From: Caecitellus pseudoparvulus
Taxonomy: Eukaryota; Protista; Bigyra: Bicosoecida
Assembly (NCBI GenBank): GCA_965644315.1
Contig: CBFFRQ010000056.1
Location: forward strand, 62,001-126,000
Reading direction: 5' to 3'
Length of the DNA stretch: 64,000 nt
The notes beneath the pieces are model-generated. The model was not told the origin of the DNA and ran no database searches. It was given only the letters and a program-made list of their open reading frames with translations. Every line of letters begins with the position of its first letter. Within the stretch, counting starts at the first letter, position 1. Positions 19,324 to 31,474 of this stretch are shown here, in pieces. A program made the position numbers and the translations under genes.

Positions 19324-22300
19324 TCAAGGCAACGGCTTACCAAAGGCCACCTCGTACACTTGCTCGTACCGCTCGGCAAAGTGCACCTCCATGCCTTCCT
19401 TCAAGTGGTCCGCCAGCTCCTCCCAGTCCTTGCGGTTCTGCTCGGGGAACACCAGGCACGACACGCCTGCGCGGCGGGCAGCCATGGTCTTCTCCTTGAT
19501 GCCACCCACAGGCAGCACCTTGCCCGTCAGCGTGACCTCCCCCGTCATGGCCAGGTCGCTGCGGATGGCCTGGTCCGTGGCCAAGGACAGCAGGGACGTC
19601 GTCATGGTCACGCCTGCAGACGGCCCGTCCTTCGGCGTCGCCCCCTCGGGAACGTGCATGTGCACCTGGCACCGCTCCAGGAAGGTGTTGTGGTCCTGCC
19701 CAGGCACCCGGCGAAGCAGCTTGCGCGCCAAGGTGTGAGCGATCGTGGAGCTCTCCTGCATGACTTCGCCCGCCTTGCCCGTCAGCTTGAGGCTGCCGGT
19801 GTACTCCACCTTGCCTGCTTTCTCAGGGGCATCCGCCGTGATGAGCGTGGGTGTCGTGGCCTCGATGTACAGGGATGCACCCCCCATGGATGTCCAGGCG
19901 AGACCCATGACCACTCCAGGAGGCGTGTCATCGTACATGCGGTCAGACGTGAACACGGGCTTCCCCACATAGTCTGCCAAGTTCGCTGCGGTGATGCGCC
20001 AATCCGTCTCATCAGGCGTAGTGGCCGCCGCGCCCCCAGCTCCCGAGTCTACTGAATCCACACGCTCCCCTGATGCGTGCTCACTGTCTGCCTCGCCATC
20101 GCTTGCGGCAGCAGCTGCCGCCTCGCGCTTCTCCGCCTCCGTGACGATCTTCAGTGCTGCCTTGCGGTAGATGCGCCCGATGTGCTTCTCGAGGTTGCGC
20201 ACGCCACTCTCCCTGCAGTAGCCCTTGATGAGCGCCTCGATGGCGGACTCGTCGAGCTGGAGAGATTTCGGCGTTGAGGGGAGGTCAGCGTCGAGACCTG
20301 TTTCCTTGCGGGTCTTGGGGTCCAAGTACCGCTTGGCGATCTGCACTTTCTCGGGGGCGTCGTAGCCTGACAGCTGGATGACCTCCATGCGATCCAGCAG
20401 GGGGCCTGGAATGGTGTCTGTGGAGTTCGCCGTGCACAGGAACAACACCTTGCTGGCGTCGTATGGCGTGTCCAGGTAGTGGTCCATGAAGTCCTCGTTC
20501 TGGTTGGGGTCCAGCATCTCCAGGAGGGCAGAGGATGGGTCCCCCAGTCCAGTGCGCCCGCTGCCGATCTTGTCCACTTCGTCAATCAGCACCAGCGGGT
20601 TGGACACCTTCACGCTCTTCATGCCTTGGATGAGTTTGCCAGGCATGGCGCCCACATACGTGCGGCGGTGGCCCTTGATCTCTGCAACGTCGTGCAGGCC
20701 GCCCACAGAGAAGCGGTAGAACTTGCGTCCCAGCGCCTCGGCGATGGAGCTGCCGATGGAGGTCTTGCCGACGCCCGGCGGCCCCACGAGCAGCATGATC
20801 TTGCCCTGTGTGCTGCCGCGCAGCTTCCCCACAGCAATGAACTCCAAGATGCGCTCCTTGACATCCGACATGCCGTAGTGGTCGGCATCCAGCACCTTCC
20901 GCGCTGCCTCCAGGTCAAACGTGTCCTCCGAATACACGCCCCACGGCAGAGTCGTCATCCAGTCCAGGTAGGAGCGGGTGACGTTGAACTCAGACGAGTT
21001 GCGCTCCAGCACCTGCAGCTTCTCCAGCTCTTCTTCAAAGACGATCTTAGCGGACTCTGGCATGTCCAAGTCCTTCGCGCGGTCCTGAAACTTCGTCACA
21101 AGGGCGTCCTTATCGTCCTTCTCAATGCCCAGCTCTTTCTTGATGCTCTTCAGCTGCTCCTGCAGGAAGTACTTGCGCTGCGACTCCTTCATCTGCTCGT
21201 CAGTCTTGGCCTGGATGCGCTGCTGCATCTTGGCGATTTCCTCCTCCTTCTTGAGCAGGTCCAAGGCTGTCTCCAGGCGCGCCTGCAGCGTCTCCGCCTC
21301 CAGCACCGCCTGTGCTTCGACGGGGTCGGCGTTGGTCATGCTGGCCGCAAAATCGGCCAGCTTGTACGCGTCGTGCACTTCCAGGCGCTGCATGAAGTAC
21401 TGCATCTGCTCCTTCATCAGCGGGTTGATGCGCACCAGCGTCCGGATGCTCTGCAGGATCTCGTTGGACAGTGCCCGCACCATGTCCGTGTTGGCCTCGC
21501 CCTGCAACCGCTCCAAGTGGTGCACCTTGGCGATGGGCGGCAGGTCTGCCGTTACCGCCCGCATCCACTTGATGCGTCGGTGAGCCAAGAACCACGCTCC
21601 CACGCCACCGTCAGGCGTCTCCATCAGGCTCTGCAAGCTGGCCAGTGCGCCCATCGTGTGCAGCTCCTCAAGAGGGCGGGCAGTGGTAGTCACAGCATCT
21701 GATGCTAGTTCCCCGGTCTCTTTCTCCATGAACAGGCCCACAAAGGGCATCCGGCTGGACCGCACCGTTTGCAAGGCGCTCACAATCTTCTGCGAGAAGG
21801 GCAGCGGAATGGAAGGCGGCTGCAGTGCACGGAAGGAATGCCAACACGCCCGGGGGTTCTTACCGGGTCCTTCGTGGTCATGTGGGCGATGAACCATGGG
21901 AAGATGGGTCGCCGGATGGGCAAAGCGACGACATGAGGTGGCTTGGGGGCTTTCTCTCCTGTGCCAAGGGTTGGGGCGTGTCGTGTTGGTGTGTGCCAAC
22001 GGCTCCGCACCCAGCAGGTTCAGCGCTCAGCCACACGCACCCACACCCATGCGCGCAATATCACTATTTTCACCCGAAGATGAATGCTCAACCAAGTCTC
22101 TGCTGTCACTTCCGCCATCCTGCGTCGTGGGGAGCGATGCGGCAGGGTGTGCTAGCCGCGTTTCACTCCCTGGCGTGGCTGCTGCACGTCACGTACACCT
22201 TGGCCGCCCTCACTCCCCGAGCCACCTAGGGAGCTGCCCGACCCACTAGATTCATCGCCACTCCCATCGGAGGAGAACAGGCGCCTCCCGGAGCCGCCCG

Positions 22301-22397
22301 CCCAAGCCACAACTGCCTCAGCCTGCGAGCCATGTGGCTGCACAAACAGCGCAACACGCACCACAGCCTTGGAGGCTGTTGCCGCGTACCTCAACAT
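19324..22397 (-). CDS. LONP1: Mitochondrial Lon protease (introns in the 5' part)
   Basis: Walker A GPPGVGKTS, LIDEVDK, HRRTYVGAMPGK, catalytic PKDGPSAG and VGGIKEK. Transit-like start MLRYAATASK. Confidence 0.97.
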
Positions 22398-22493
22398 GCC
22401 GAACACATGCAGGAAGGGCGCACAGAGAACCAACGCAGAGGTGTGTCGATGCCAGCTGATGTTGTTGAATTTGTCTTGGTCGCGGGCTGTTGC

Positions 22494-24548
22494 TCACGCC
22501 ACGACTTGAGGCAGGAGCAGCCCTCCAAGTCTCGAAGCGAGCAAGGCTCCGAGCCAGCGGCAACCACTGCCAGTGGGGCCCTTCACAAACACACTCAAAT
22601 GCTGCCGCAATGGTGCCACACTCACCTCGATGCCGAAAACCTGCCCGCCCTCGTCAGCCACCGCAAAGTACAACTTCACACTCGTGCCCGAGCTGCGTTC
22701 GAGTTGCGGCACCTCCACCACGTGCAGGGCGTCGAAAATGTCCATGAGCAAGGGCTTCATCACCTCTGTCGTCTGCTCCGCCGTGGATGAGACATCTTCA
22801 AGCAGGCCAGGCGCCAAGGCACCCCCAAAGATGTCAATGCCCGGCGCAGACTCCCACGTGCTGGGGAAGGAAGCAAGCTGCTGCTGGGACGGTGGGCACA
22901 GCTTCAACGCGTCAGCCTCGCTCGTACCGGCATGGGAGGGGCTTGAGTGCTGCTGCTCTGACTCTTCATCTGACGACGCAGCAGGCGTTCGGATGGTCAG
23001 CTCCACACCCTCCGCTGCCTGTGAAGTGCCTGGCAGCGCTTGCCAACCTCCCTGCTGGCGCCTGGACACAGCGTAGCCCACTGAAAGCAGAACCACTGTA
23101 AAGGCACCACCGAGAGCGCCCCAAACAGGACCCAACATGTTTGAACCAGTGGAGCTGTGCCCGGTCTTTGCCTTCGACATACTGGGCCCAGAGTGCTCGT
23201 CGGCCTCAGGAGCAGGCAAGCCGGCAGGGCTAAAAGCTGCACAGTGCAAGACGGAGACAGAGGAGAAGTGGGCGCACACCACGAAAGGGAGAGGAGGGTC
23301 CGCTTCCCGCGCTCTTTGCATGCTGGCATGGGACAAAGCACAATGCAAGGATGCCTCCAAGATTTGTCCCGCCGGCAGTCGCATCGTGGAGGGGGCTTCA
23401 TCCAGGGACTTGCCCCCTCCGTACGCAACGACTTGGCAAGAAGCGTCTGTGATAAAATCTCCATCAAGCTCCAATGAGTGTACTCCACCTCGACCGACAG
23501 CCAGGGTCAGCAGAGGCAAAGTAACGACAGTTGCCTGGGACGAGTTGCCATCTGCCCAGAATGCCATGGAGACCATGAAGTGCCCAGAAGACTCTGAGCC
23601 CTGAAGGAAACGGGCTGGAAAGGGACGATCCAGTGTTGGGCTCGCGTTGAGGTCAAGAGCTTCATAGTACTCGAACTCCAGCGTCTCTGGCTGATTCCAC
23701 TGCACAGCCAGCTGCCCGCCCCAGCCGGCACCTGCATGCTCGGAGAAGCAACTCGTTCGGAGAAAGATGGCGGCGAAAAAGGAGTCCATTTGCGACACCA
23801 AATCACCAACAGACGAAGCGTCTCCCTTCGGGTTTGAGTCTGCAATGACAATGTCCAGCGCATCTCGACCTTGCGAATCGAACCCCGACTCCACACTGAC
23901 CGGTCGATGCATGAAGTAGAACTCCGGCTGCCGAATGGACAGGCACGTCTCCAGTGATGTCAACTGCTCAAGTGTCACAGGTGCGCCGTGCCCTGCCCTT
24001 TGCGCGGCAGCGAAGCTCTCATCCAGCGGGAGGATGACATGGGCAGTTTGGTGCGAGCGGCTGACATGGCGCTTCGGCCACCCAGTCTCCGGGGAGTCTG
24101 GCAGCACCTTGGCCGCGATCTCTACACCTGGAAGGCTGAGCACGCTGGGTGGTTTACCCGGCTTGAGAGAGGCAAAGTGCCACTCGAGCGTCATGAAGAG
24201 GCTCTTTGCTTGCACCGTGACATTCAGCTGTGCTGAGCTGGGAACATGAAAGTGGGCGAGCACCGCCCCATCAGGTGACAGGCCATCGTGAACTGTCAAG
24301 TTGCCTTCGAAGACCGAAAATGTCCCCGAGTGCACGTTGAGCTCAACAGCTGGGAGCACAAAGTCTGGGGGGAACATGAGCAGATCTTGGCAGGGGAAAG
24401 GCACCTCTATCTGCGGCGGCAACTCCCACGTTCCATCCACCCACTTGGGCTTCTGCTCCCGCCCGCAGTCCGGGAGAGCGCACACCGAAGCACATGATGC
24501 AAACAAAGTTAGAAGAAGCGTCCCGAAAACAGCAGCACTCTTCAGCAT
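22494..24548 (-). CDS. Single-pass membrane protein with signal peptide and possible CUB-like domain
   Basis: Hydrophobic start MLKSAAVFGTLLLTLFASCASVCA, CUB-like LTVHDGLSPDGAVLAHF, TM segment VWGALGGAFTVVLLSVGYAV then SRR. The 3' end is uncertain. Confidence 0.6.
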   Translation of the reverse strand: MLKSAAVFGTLLLTLFASCASVCALPDCGREQKPKWVDGTWELPPQIEVPFPCQDLLMFPPDFVLPAVELNVHSGTFSVFEGNLTVHDGLSPDGAVLAHFHVPSSAQLNVTVQAKSLFMTLEWHFASLKPGKPPSVLSLPGVEIAAKVLPDSPETGWPKRHVSRSHQTAHVILPLDESFAAAQRAGHGAPVTLEQLTSLETCLSIRQPEFYFMHRPVSVESGFDSQGRDALDIVIADSNPKGDASSVGDLVSQMDSFFAAIFLRTSCFSEHAGAGWGGQLAVQWNQPETLEFEYYEALDLNASPTLDRPFPARFLQGSESSGHFMVSMAFWADGNSSQATVVTLPLLTLAVGRGGVHSLELDGDFITDASCQVVAYGGGKSLDEAPSTMRLPAGQILEASLHCALSHASMQRAREADPPLPFVVCAHFSSVSVLHCAAFSPAGLPAPEADEHSGPSMSKAKTGHSSTGSNMLGPVWGALGGAFTVVLLSVGYAVSRRQQGGWQALPGTSQAAEGVELTIRTPAASSDEESEQQHSSPSHAGTSEADALKLCPPSQQQLASFPSTWESAPGIDIFGGALAPGLLEDVSSTAEQTTEVMKPLLMDIFDALHVVEVPQLERSSGTSVKLYFAVADEGGQVFGIEVSVAPLRQHLSVFVKGPTGSGCRWLGALLASRLGGLLLPQVVA

Positions 24549-24878
24549 TCTGTGAGCACCCCGCGAGTGCAGCGTGGTCGTCGCCGCGATTCCCGCAAAA
24601 CCACAACGATTCCCAGGCTCAGCCGCCCTGCCACAACAAGAGCTGCACCCCAAGCATGCAACCCCGGCCTGGAATGAATTCCGGGAGTCTATAAGTCTCG
24701 GGCATGTGTCTCCATCGCCACTTGCCGCGTCGTGCAGAGTTTGACGCAAGATGAGCGCTGCTTCGCACAGAATGCTCCGCACTGGCCTGGAATCTACCAC
24801 GCCAGGGCCAGAGACACCTGGCCAGCTGCCGCCGGGAGCCACGCAAGACGCAGGCTGCTGATGCCACCCATACTGCAC

Positions 24879-25622
24879 TCACTCGTCTGCACTGCCTTCC
24901 ACCTCTTCCGGCATCGCAGCGGCCGGGACCTGGTCGCTGAAGGGAAAGGCATCCCCCATTGCGTTGCGAAGCTGCTGCTGCTTGCGCAGGCTGGCATCCT
25001 GGGCGTCCCGGAAGCGCTGGGCTGGTTGGCCCAGAAGCCCCATGGAGTCCACCCTGCGCATGGGCAGGTCGCGCTGGACGAGCCCTGCCTCCCCCAGCGG
25101 CCACACCACTGCGTGCGCCACCCCCCGCACCATGGACAGCGGCACCTGCCCCCACTCCCGACTATCGTCCCCTGGCACGTCAGGCGAATCAGTTTCCAGC
25201 CACAGGCGCCCAGGGCCTACGAACTCTGTGAAGCCGTCCTTGCTCTGGATCAAGTTGCCAGGTGCGCCCCGCACTCGCCGGTACACACAGGGCCCACTGC
25301 CTGACGGCTGCGGGACACGAACGACATCTCCAGCCCTGGGGGGGTCAGTGTTCAGCAGCCAGGACGGGATACGCTGGGGGGTGTTGGGGGCATGTACTAG
25401 CAGGTCTTTCCGAAACAGTGCCCACCTGCCTCCAGACGCTTCAGCTTTGCTGCTCTGGGCTGCTGCTTCGGCTGCTGCACTCCTGTCGCTGGCGGGCCAC
25501 AGCAGCGCACTCTCTGATGAAGGCGGAATGTAGTGCAGTCCAACTACTTTCTCCTGAATCATAATTGCAACAGGGATGGCTGATGCCACGGCCCATGCGC
25601 CCCGCACCGCCGCAGACGCCAT
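24879..25622 (-). CDS. Mitochondrial inner membrane peptidase (S26, IMP1/IMP2-like), divergent
   Basis: RAGDVV, GPGRLWLETD, DDSREWGQVPLSMVRGVAHAVVWP match the IMP C-terminal boxes. Confidence 0.75.
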   Translation of the reverse strand: MASAAVRGAWAVASAIPVAIMIQEKVVGLHYIPPSSESALLWPASDRSAAAEAAAQSSKAEASGGRWALFRKDLLVHAPNTPQRIPSWLLNTDPPRAGDVVRVPQPSGSGPCVYRRVRGAPGNLIQSKDGFTEFVGPGRLWLETDSPDVPGDDSREWGQVPLSMVRGVAHAVVWPLGEAGLVQRDLPMRRVDSMGLLGQPAQRFRDAQDASLRKQQQLRNAMGDAFPFSDQVPAAAMPEEVEGSADE

Positions 25623-26060
25623 GATTGTGCACGTGGTCTGCGGAAATCGCCTGTGGCGGCCTGCTCCTCCTCTGGGCCCCGACAAGCGTAGAGCATGCAC
25701 GAGTGCAAGCAATTCCACACAGGTCCCCGTACTAGTGATCCCCCTCATGTGACCATGCAGTGGCATTGCCAAATTTGCAGCTACAGCTTCACTTTCAGGC
25801 TTTGTCGTCTGAAGTCTCTGAACCGCGGCAGCCCTGAACGCAGTGGCTGGGCCAAACTAAAACAAAACGCTCGCCCTGTTCCTCAAACGTGTGGCCTCAC
25901 CTGAGGCAGCGAGAATGCCTGTTTGCAGAGAGCAGACTGCCCTGTGCTGTCCTTCATCCGGCCGCCGTGCGGAAATTGAGTGCCACCCCGCACATCGCGC
26001 CGTCTCACGCCGAAGCCTGCGCCGTTGGGCTCTACCTGAAAAGGGGCAACGAAGACAAGC

Positions 26061-28167
26061 ATGGCAGATGCAGCCTACCTTCAGAGCACTGTCTCAGGCG
26101 CCTTGAGCGACGCCCTGGCTGCAACAGTCGAAGCGCAACCTGAGGATCCAGTCGCGTATCTTGGCAACTACCTTTTGGCACATGTGCGGCGAATGGAGGC
26201 CATCGAGAAGGTGAGGGCGGAAGCCGCTTGTATCGTTCCTACTTTTTTGGTGCTTGCTGCAAGGCCCAGGGCTTCCCTTGGCCGCTGGCGCCCGTGCTGT
26301 GTGCAGTGCGCCGAATGATCTATCATCGCGCAAGCTGCACCTCCCACCCACACCTGCCCCTTTGCAGCACAAGGAAGACGAGGCAGCCAAAGCTGCACGT
26401 CGTCAGGCATATGTAGAAGAGGAGACAAAAGCCCAAGCTGCTGCAGAGCCAGCTAAGCGCGCTGCCGCCGCAGCAGCAGCAGCAGACGACGCACTGAAAG
26501 CCAAGCTGCTGGAAATCGCTGCTGTGGACGCCAGCGTGCTGAAAGAGGTGCTGGCAGCAGCGCAAAAGGCAGCAGGGGGTGCTACAGCCGCCTATCTGGC
26601 CAAAAAAGAGCCCTACGTGCCCGTGGAGGGGGAGGTGCTCGACGACCTGGCCGTGGATGACGAGGATGAGGCAGCTGAGCCAACCCTGCAGTTGCGGTAC
26701 GTAGCGACAACGGACGGCCACGAGTGGATGCTGAAGCGCAGCATGGTGGAAGGGCAGGGAGTGACCTTCCCCTGCTGGGTGCTGCCCGAAGTGGACGAGG
26801 AGGAGGAGGAGGAGGAGGAGCTGGAGGAGGGCGAAGAGGCCCCCGTTCGGCCCCCCCCCGAACTGCCCACCATCACCGTGGACTCGGTCCTGCACGATGG
26901 GCCGGTGAAGTTCCTGGCCATCCCTCGCCTGGGAGGCTACGTCGCTGTGCCGGTGCGGTACAAGTCCCTCCTGCACGCGGAAGCGCTGCCAGAGGTACCG
27001 GAGCCAGCTGAGGAGGAGGCGGAGGAGGAGGTGGACGGGGAGGAGGGCGAGGAGGAGGAGGGGAAGGATGTGGAGGAGGGCGAGGGCAAGCAGGCACAGG
27101 AGGAGGCCCCCGTTCCCGCTGGCAACGCCGTGGACGTCGACCTGGCCCTGTGTGTGGACAGCGTCGGGCAGAACCGCGCCTTCACTGCCGAGGAGGTGGC
27201 GGCCTTGCAAGGCTGGGGCAAGGCGCTGCAAGGCGCCCTCGAGCGCACCGAGCTGGCCACGTACGAGGCGGAGTGGCGCAAACTGGAGGCCATGCGCCTG
27301 GCCAATGCCACCCTGTTGGAGGGCTGGGAGGAGACACTGCTGCCTCTGCAGGATGCGGCGGAGGAAGCTCGTGCCTCGGCGGCAGCGGCTGCGGAGGAGG
27401 GTGAGGAAGAGGCGGGTGTGAAGGAAGAGCTGACAGCCCTGCTGGAGGCGCGTGTGCCGTTGCACACGACTGTGGCCGCCTTGGCGCTACCCGGCCTGGA
27501 GCAGCAGTGGGCCACCACCGTTGCGCGCCACATCCCGTTGGCTGGAGAGGCGCTGAAGGTGCTGTGTGCTGCAGCACACTTGCTGGGTGCATCCAAGGCC
27601 GACATTGGCGATGCCACGTCACGCAGCCCAACCGAGCCGCACTGGCCAACACTGACAGAGTTCCTGGGCAAGGAGGCGCTGAAGCGAGTGGCCAAGTTCG
27701 ACGCCGAAGCCGTGTGGCCTGCCGAGGCGGCTGCGGTGGCCGAGGCAGCAGCAGCAGCAGCGGCAGCAGCGGCAGAGGGAAAAGACGGGGATGAAGAGGG
27801 CGATGGGGAAGGCAAGGACGCAGAGAGTTCCCCTTCTGCAGCAACTGGCGCCGCCGCTGGCGGTGCCAAGGAGGCTGCCGCTCAGGCTGCCTCACACGCG
27901 GACAGCAGGCCTGACGTGGAGGCTGCGAAAGAGGCAGTGGATGGGATTGAGCGAGAGGGCTTGCTCAAGGGCACGTATAACTCAGCCCTCCTGTTCGGAG
28001 TGCTGCTGGACTGGGTGCAGCAGAGTCTTGCCGTGAATGAAGCGGCAGCTGCTTGGCGAGCACGGCTGAAGGCTGACGCAGAGGAGGCCGCACGGGAGGC
28101 GGCGGAGGCAGCAGCACGCCTGGCGGAAGAGGAGGCAGAGGCAGAGCGTGAGGAGAGCGAGGACTGA
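26061..28167 (+). CDS. Radial spoke protein 2-like (Dpy-30 motif plus GAF-like domain), intron 26211-26367
   Basis: YLQSTVSGALSDALAATVEAQPEDPVAYLGNYLL is a Dpy-30 motif. GVTF...PRLGGYVAVPV...LCVDSVGQNRAFT is GAF-like. The protein is highly acidic. Confidence 0.75.
26797..26820 (+). repeat. (GAG)8 coding microsatellite (poly-Glu)
   Basis: Eight tandem GAG units read directly from the sequence. Confidence 0.9.
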
Positions 28168-28231
28168 GCTGCCTCGTCAGAAATGCACCGTTGCTTCCGG
28201 CAGGCCTTGGCTGCACACAGTTGCCAAGGAG

Positions 28232-28239
28232 AATGCATT
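28232..28239. terminator. AATGCATT palindrome, candidate bidirectional poly(A) signal
   Basis: Lies between convergent stops 28167 (+) and 28248 (-). There is an extra AATGCA at 28182. Confidence 0.6.
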
Positions 28240-28247
28240 GCCCTCTC

Positions 28248-29928
28248 TCACTTGAGCTCTTCAGCGCGCGTGAAGAGGCTGTCGACTACGCCGTGCAGGC
28301 CAGACACCGCTGCGAGGGCTGAGGTAAAGGCTGCGTCTTCCCCGGACGCTTCGAACAGCACTAGCTGCCCCTTGCCCTGGTCCAGTGTGCCGCTGAGCTT
28401 CTTGTCCAAGATCATTTGGGCAAGCTTGCTCTCCACGCGGTCCAGGGGCAACTGGATCAACTCAGCTACGTGGCTGATCTCCACGCACGAGAATGGCTCC
28501 ACCAGCCGCTGCAAGTTCTCCTCCAACATGCGGTCCCGCAGGGAGCCCAGGTGCCCAGCCACCATGCTGTCCTGGCCGAGGTCTGTGAAGAAGGCGCGGC
28601 ACGAGCAGTGCCACAAGGTGCGGTGCAGGTCCGGCGAGACTGGGTGGTAGAGGCACGCAAGAACGCACACTCTTCGTGGGCCGTCAGGGCGGCTTCAAAT
28701 TCGTTCAAGCTGCGGCTCTTGAAAGCCTTGGCCACCGCGCGCATGGCTTCCATGTGCGGGCCAGCGAATTCCACACCGCTCTTGCCGTTGATGATGTGCA
28801 GTGCATCAGCAGCCTGTGCAAGGGCAGCAAGCAAAGTGAAGAAGGCCATGGCGGTCGCAGCTGACAAGCAGTGCCCAGGCGCCACTCACGCTGCCCGCCA
28901 TGAGCTTCGCCAGCACCATGTACTTGAGGCACACCGCAGCACGGGGGTCTTTCAGGGTTTTGTAGCCCTCAAATCCTTCCAAGAAGTAAGAGTATGATGT
29001 GGTGTAATCCTTGTCTTCGGCCTGCAGCGTGCCGGCGTGCAGGTCTATGTCTGCTTGCGTCTCAGGGCTGAGGTAGATAGAGTTCGCGGCAGTGCGGGCA
29101 GCGGTGAGAGCTGCGCGGGCCTTGGGAGTGTTGCGCAAGGCATGCTGGGCCTTGCTTTCAATCAAGTGGATGTCTACCAGCAGGGGCTTGTCGTCCAACT
29201 TCTTGACCTCCCGCAGCAGGCCGGAGATGAGGGTCAGTGCCTCTGTGAAGCGGCCCTGCGCGACGTACAGCCCCGCCAAGCGATTCTGAATGCGGAGACG
29301 CAGAAATGTTCGTCGTTCCTGCTTGGTCCACTCGATGCACTGCATGCACAGGTGCACCTGCACGTCCACAGTGTCTGGGATGCGTCCAACCATGTCAATG
29401 ATGGTGCGCACTGCGCCAGAGCAAGGAATGGGGCGGTTGCTCGACACTCAGCGGCGCAGGGCTGTGCTAGGACGACGCACCAATCTTGGCAGTCTTCGCC
29501 TTTGCAATGCCAGCGAAGAAGGGCTTCACCTCCTCCAGCAGGGCGACGAGCGCCTCTGCGTTTCTGCGGCAGGTAGGGGGACCAGGTGAAACGCCAGCGT
29601 CAGCACGACGCGCTTGGACACAGGCCCGCCAACGTACTGCAGGCGCGCAAGCAACTTGGCAAGCTTGTAGATGGCTGCTTCTTTGATCTTGTCGGCCTCG
29701 GGACCGCCCTCTGAGAGAAGCAGCGCAGGGGATGCACCAAGGCTGCTTTGCTGAGGCAACGCCAGCTCACGCACCAGCTGCGAGAATGGAGCGATACCCA
29801 GCTTCAGCTTCGTCGGGGCGCGCCTGCTCTACCTCCTCTGCGGCATCAAGAGCATCTTGGAGCGGGTGCTGGTGCTGCTCGGAGTCTGTGTCAGGCACGA
29901 TGCGGGATGCCCCAGTCGCGGCCGCCAT
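28248..29928 (-). CDS. PSMD11: 26S proteasome lid subunit Rpn6, multi-exon
   Basis: [79 protein letters not shown]. Confidence 0.96.
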
Positions 29929-30174
29929 TCTGGCTCTGGCTCAATCTGCCACCACGCCGGCGAACTGCTGGGCGGCTGCGAGAGACACGGACAAGTCAGG
30001 CACGCAAAAAGCACGCCAGAAGAACTGATTTTCGGATGCAGAGTAGGAGTGGTGTGAAGTTTCGGCTGGATTGATGTCAAAGAGGTGCACGCAGTGCTGC
30101 CTCCCACAAGCACCTTTTTGCAGCGGCCCCTCACTCTTGCGTGGCATGCCACTCGGACCCTGAGAGCCAATGGG

Positions 30175-31474
30175 TCAGTTGTATACACAGCTTTCGTAGG
30201 TCGGGATCATATACTTGATGTTCACTGCGATTGGAAGGGAGGTGTGCTGTGCATACGTCGTGCGTTGGTGCAGGCGGCAGCAGCTGACCACCCACGAAAG
30301 GCGTCTTCCCCGCCGTGTTGCTCGAGGAGCTCCAGAGTCTCACAAACCAAGGCGCCCATGTCCTCTTTCTTCTGTTGACCGTAGTCAATGCGGTCTCCCA
30401 TGTTTTCTGAGTGAGCACGAGCGAACCATGTGCCTGTGGAGCAGCAGCAGTGCACGCCGGCCTTTGCCACGCACTCTGATCCTTGAAAATGGCCATGACT
30501 GGGAGCAACTGGCGGTAGTATGGCACAAGGGCCTCTCCAATGCGGTCCGCCGAGCGAACAAGCTCCTGGAGCACCAGCAGCGCCCGTCGCATGACGAAGG
30601 GGTCCCGCGTGTTCAGTGCGGCTGCGAAAGAAAGTGCACGGCCCCTCAGAGGTGCCAGGGAGCGCTCATCGCCCCCACTATTCAGGTGAACACTCACTTC
30701 GGAGAGGTGTGATGAGTTGCGGCACAACTGGCAGCAGCTTGGAGCCCCCGACACGCAAGAGGTCCAGCGTACCTTGCAGAGCCATGGTTGAAAAGGGCTC
30801 TTCGAGCTCTCGAAGCCCAGTGAAGAAGATGGGCAGGTAGAAATGGTAGTCCAGCTTGCTGGCTTCGGTCTTCCATGCAGGTCGGATGCCACTTGAGGCG
30901 TGCTCCACAATGAAGGGGAGGTCCCCTCGCTCAAAGGCACTTCGAAACTGTGTGTTGGGGGGGTTGGCGCGCCTGGCCTTGGCACGCTGCGCCTTGTCCG
31001 GGCCTCGGCGAGGAGCCTCTTTCAAGGTCTTTCCTCGTGTGGGGGATGCCTTCATTGTGCCCCCCATGCCCGTCCGCGCTTTTAGCCGCTCTGTGAGAGG
31101 GGAGCCGCGCGGCAGGTGACACACCAGGCGCCACGCCAGGCAAAGGCTCGAGACCGCAAAGGGCACCCCCGGCGTGCAGAAAGCTCAACCCTCATAACAT
31201 TGGAGGAATTTCGCCTCCTGCATGGGCAATAGCAGGCTGCGGCCCAAGTGTGCTCGAACGCGGGCTCACCTTGCGGGGTCTTACGATGGGTCACAATGTG
31301 ATCGGTGAAGGACATTGGGTCCAGGTCCGCCTCTTGCGAGGGCTTGTGGGAGCCAACTGGAAGGTGGTGGGAAATGACAGTGGAGTCGAACAAGCTCGGC
31401 TTCTCCTTGCACCGCACTGGTGCCTTAGTGATGCGGGGCGCCTGATTCTTCGTGAAGCGCGTTTCTGCCGCCAT
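30175..31474 (-). CDS. PACRG: Parkin co-regulated protein (axonemal inner junction), multi-exon
   Basis: [62 protein letters not shown]. The start is either ATG 31474 (via an in-frame intron 31269-31091) or ATG 31067. Confidence 0.93.

Noticed and set aside
20479-21702. Long antisense ORFs (also 26323-27465, 37837-38994, 14551-15897 alternative frame, and others)
   Set aside because: These are shadow ORFs produced by high GC and codon bias over clear genes.
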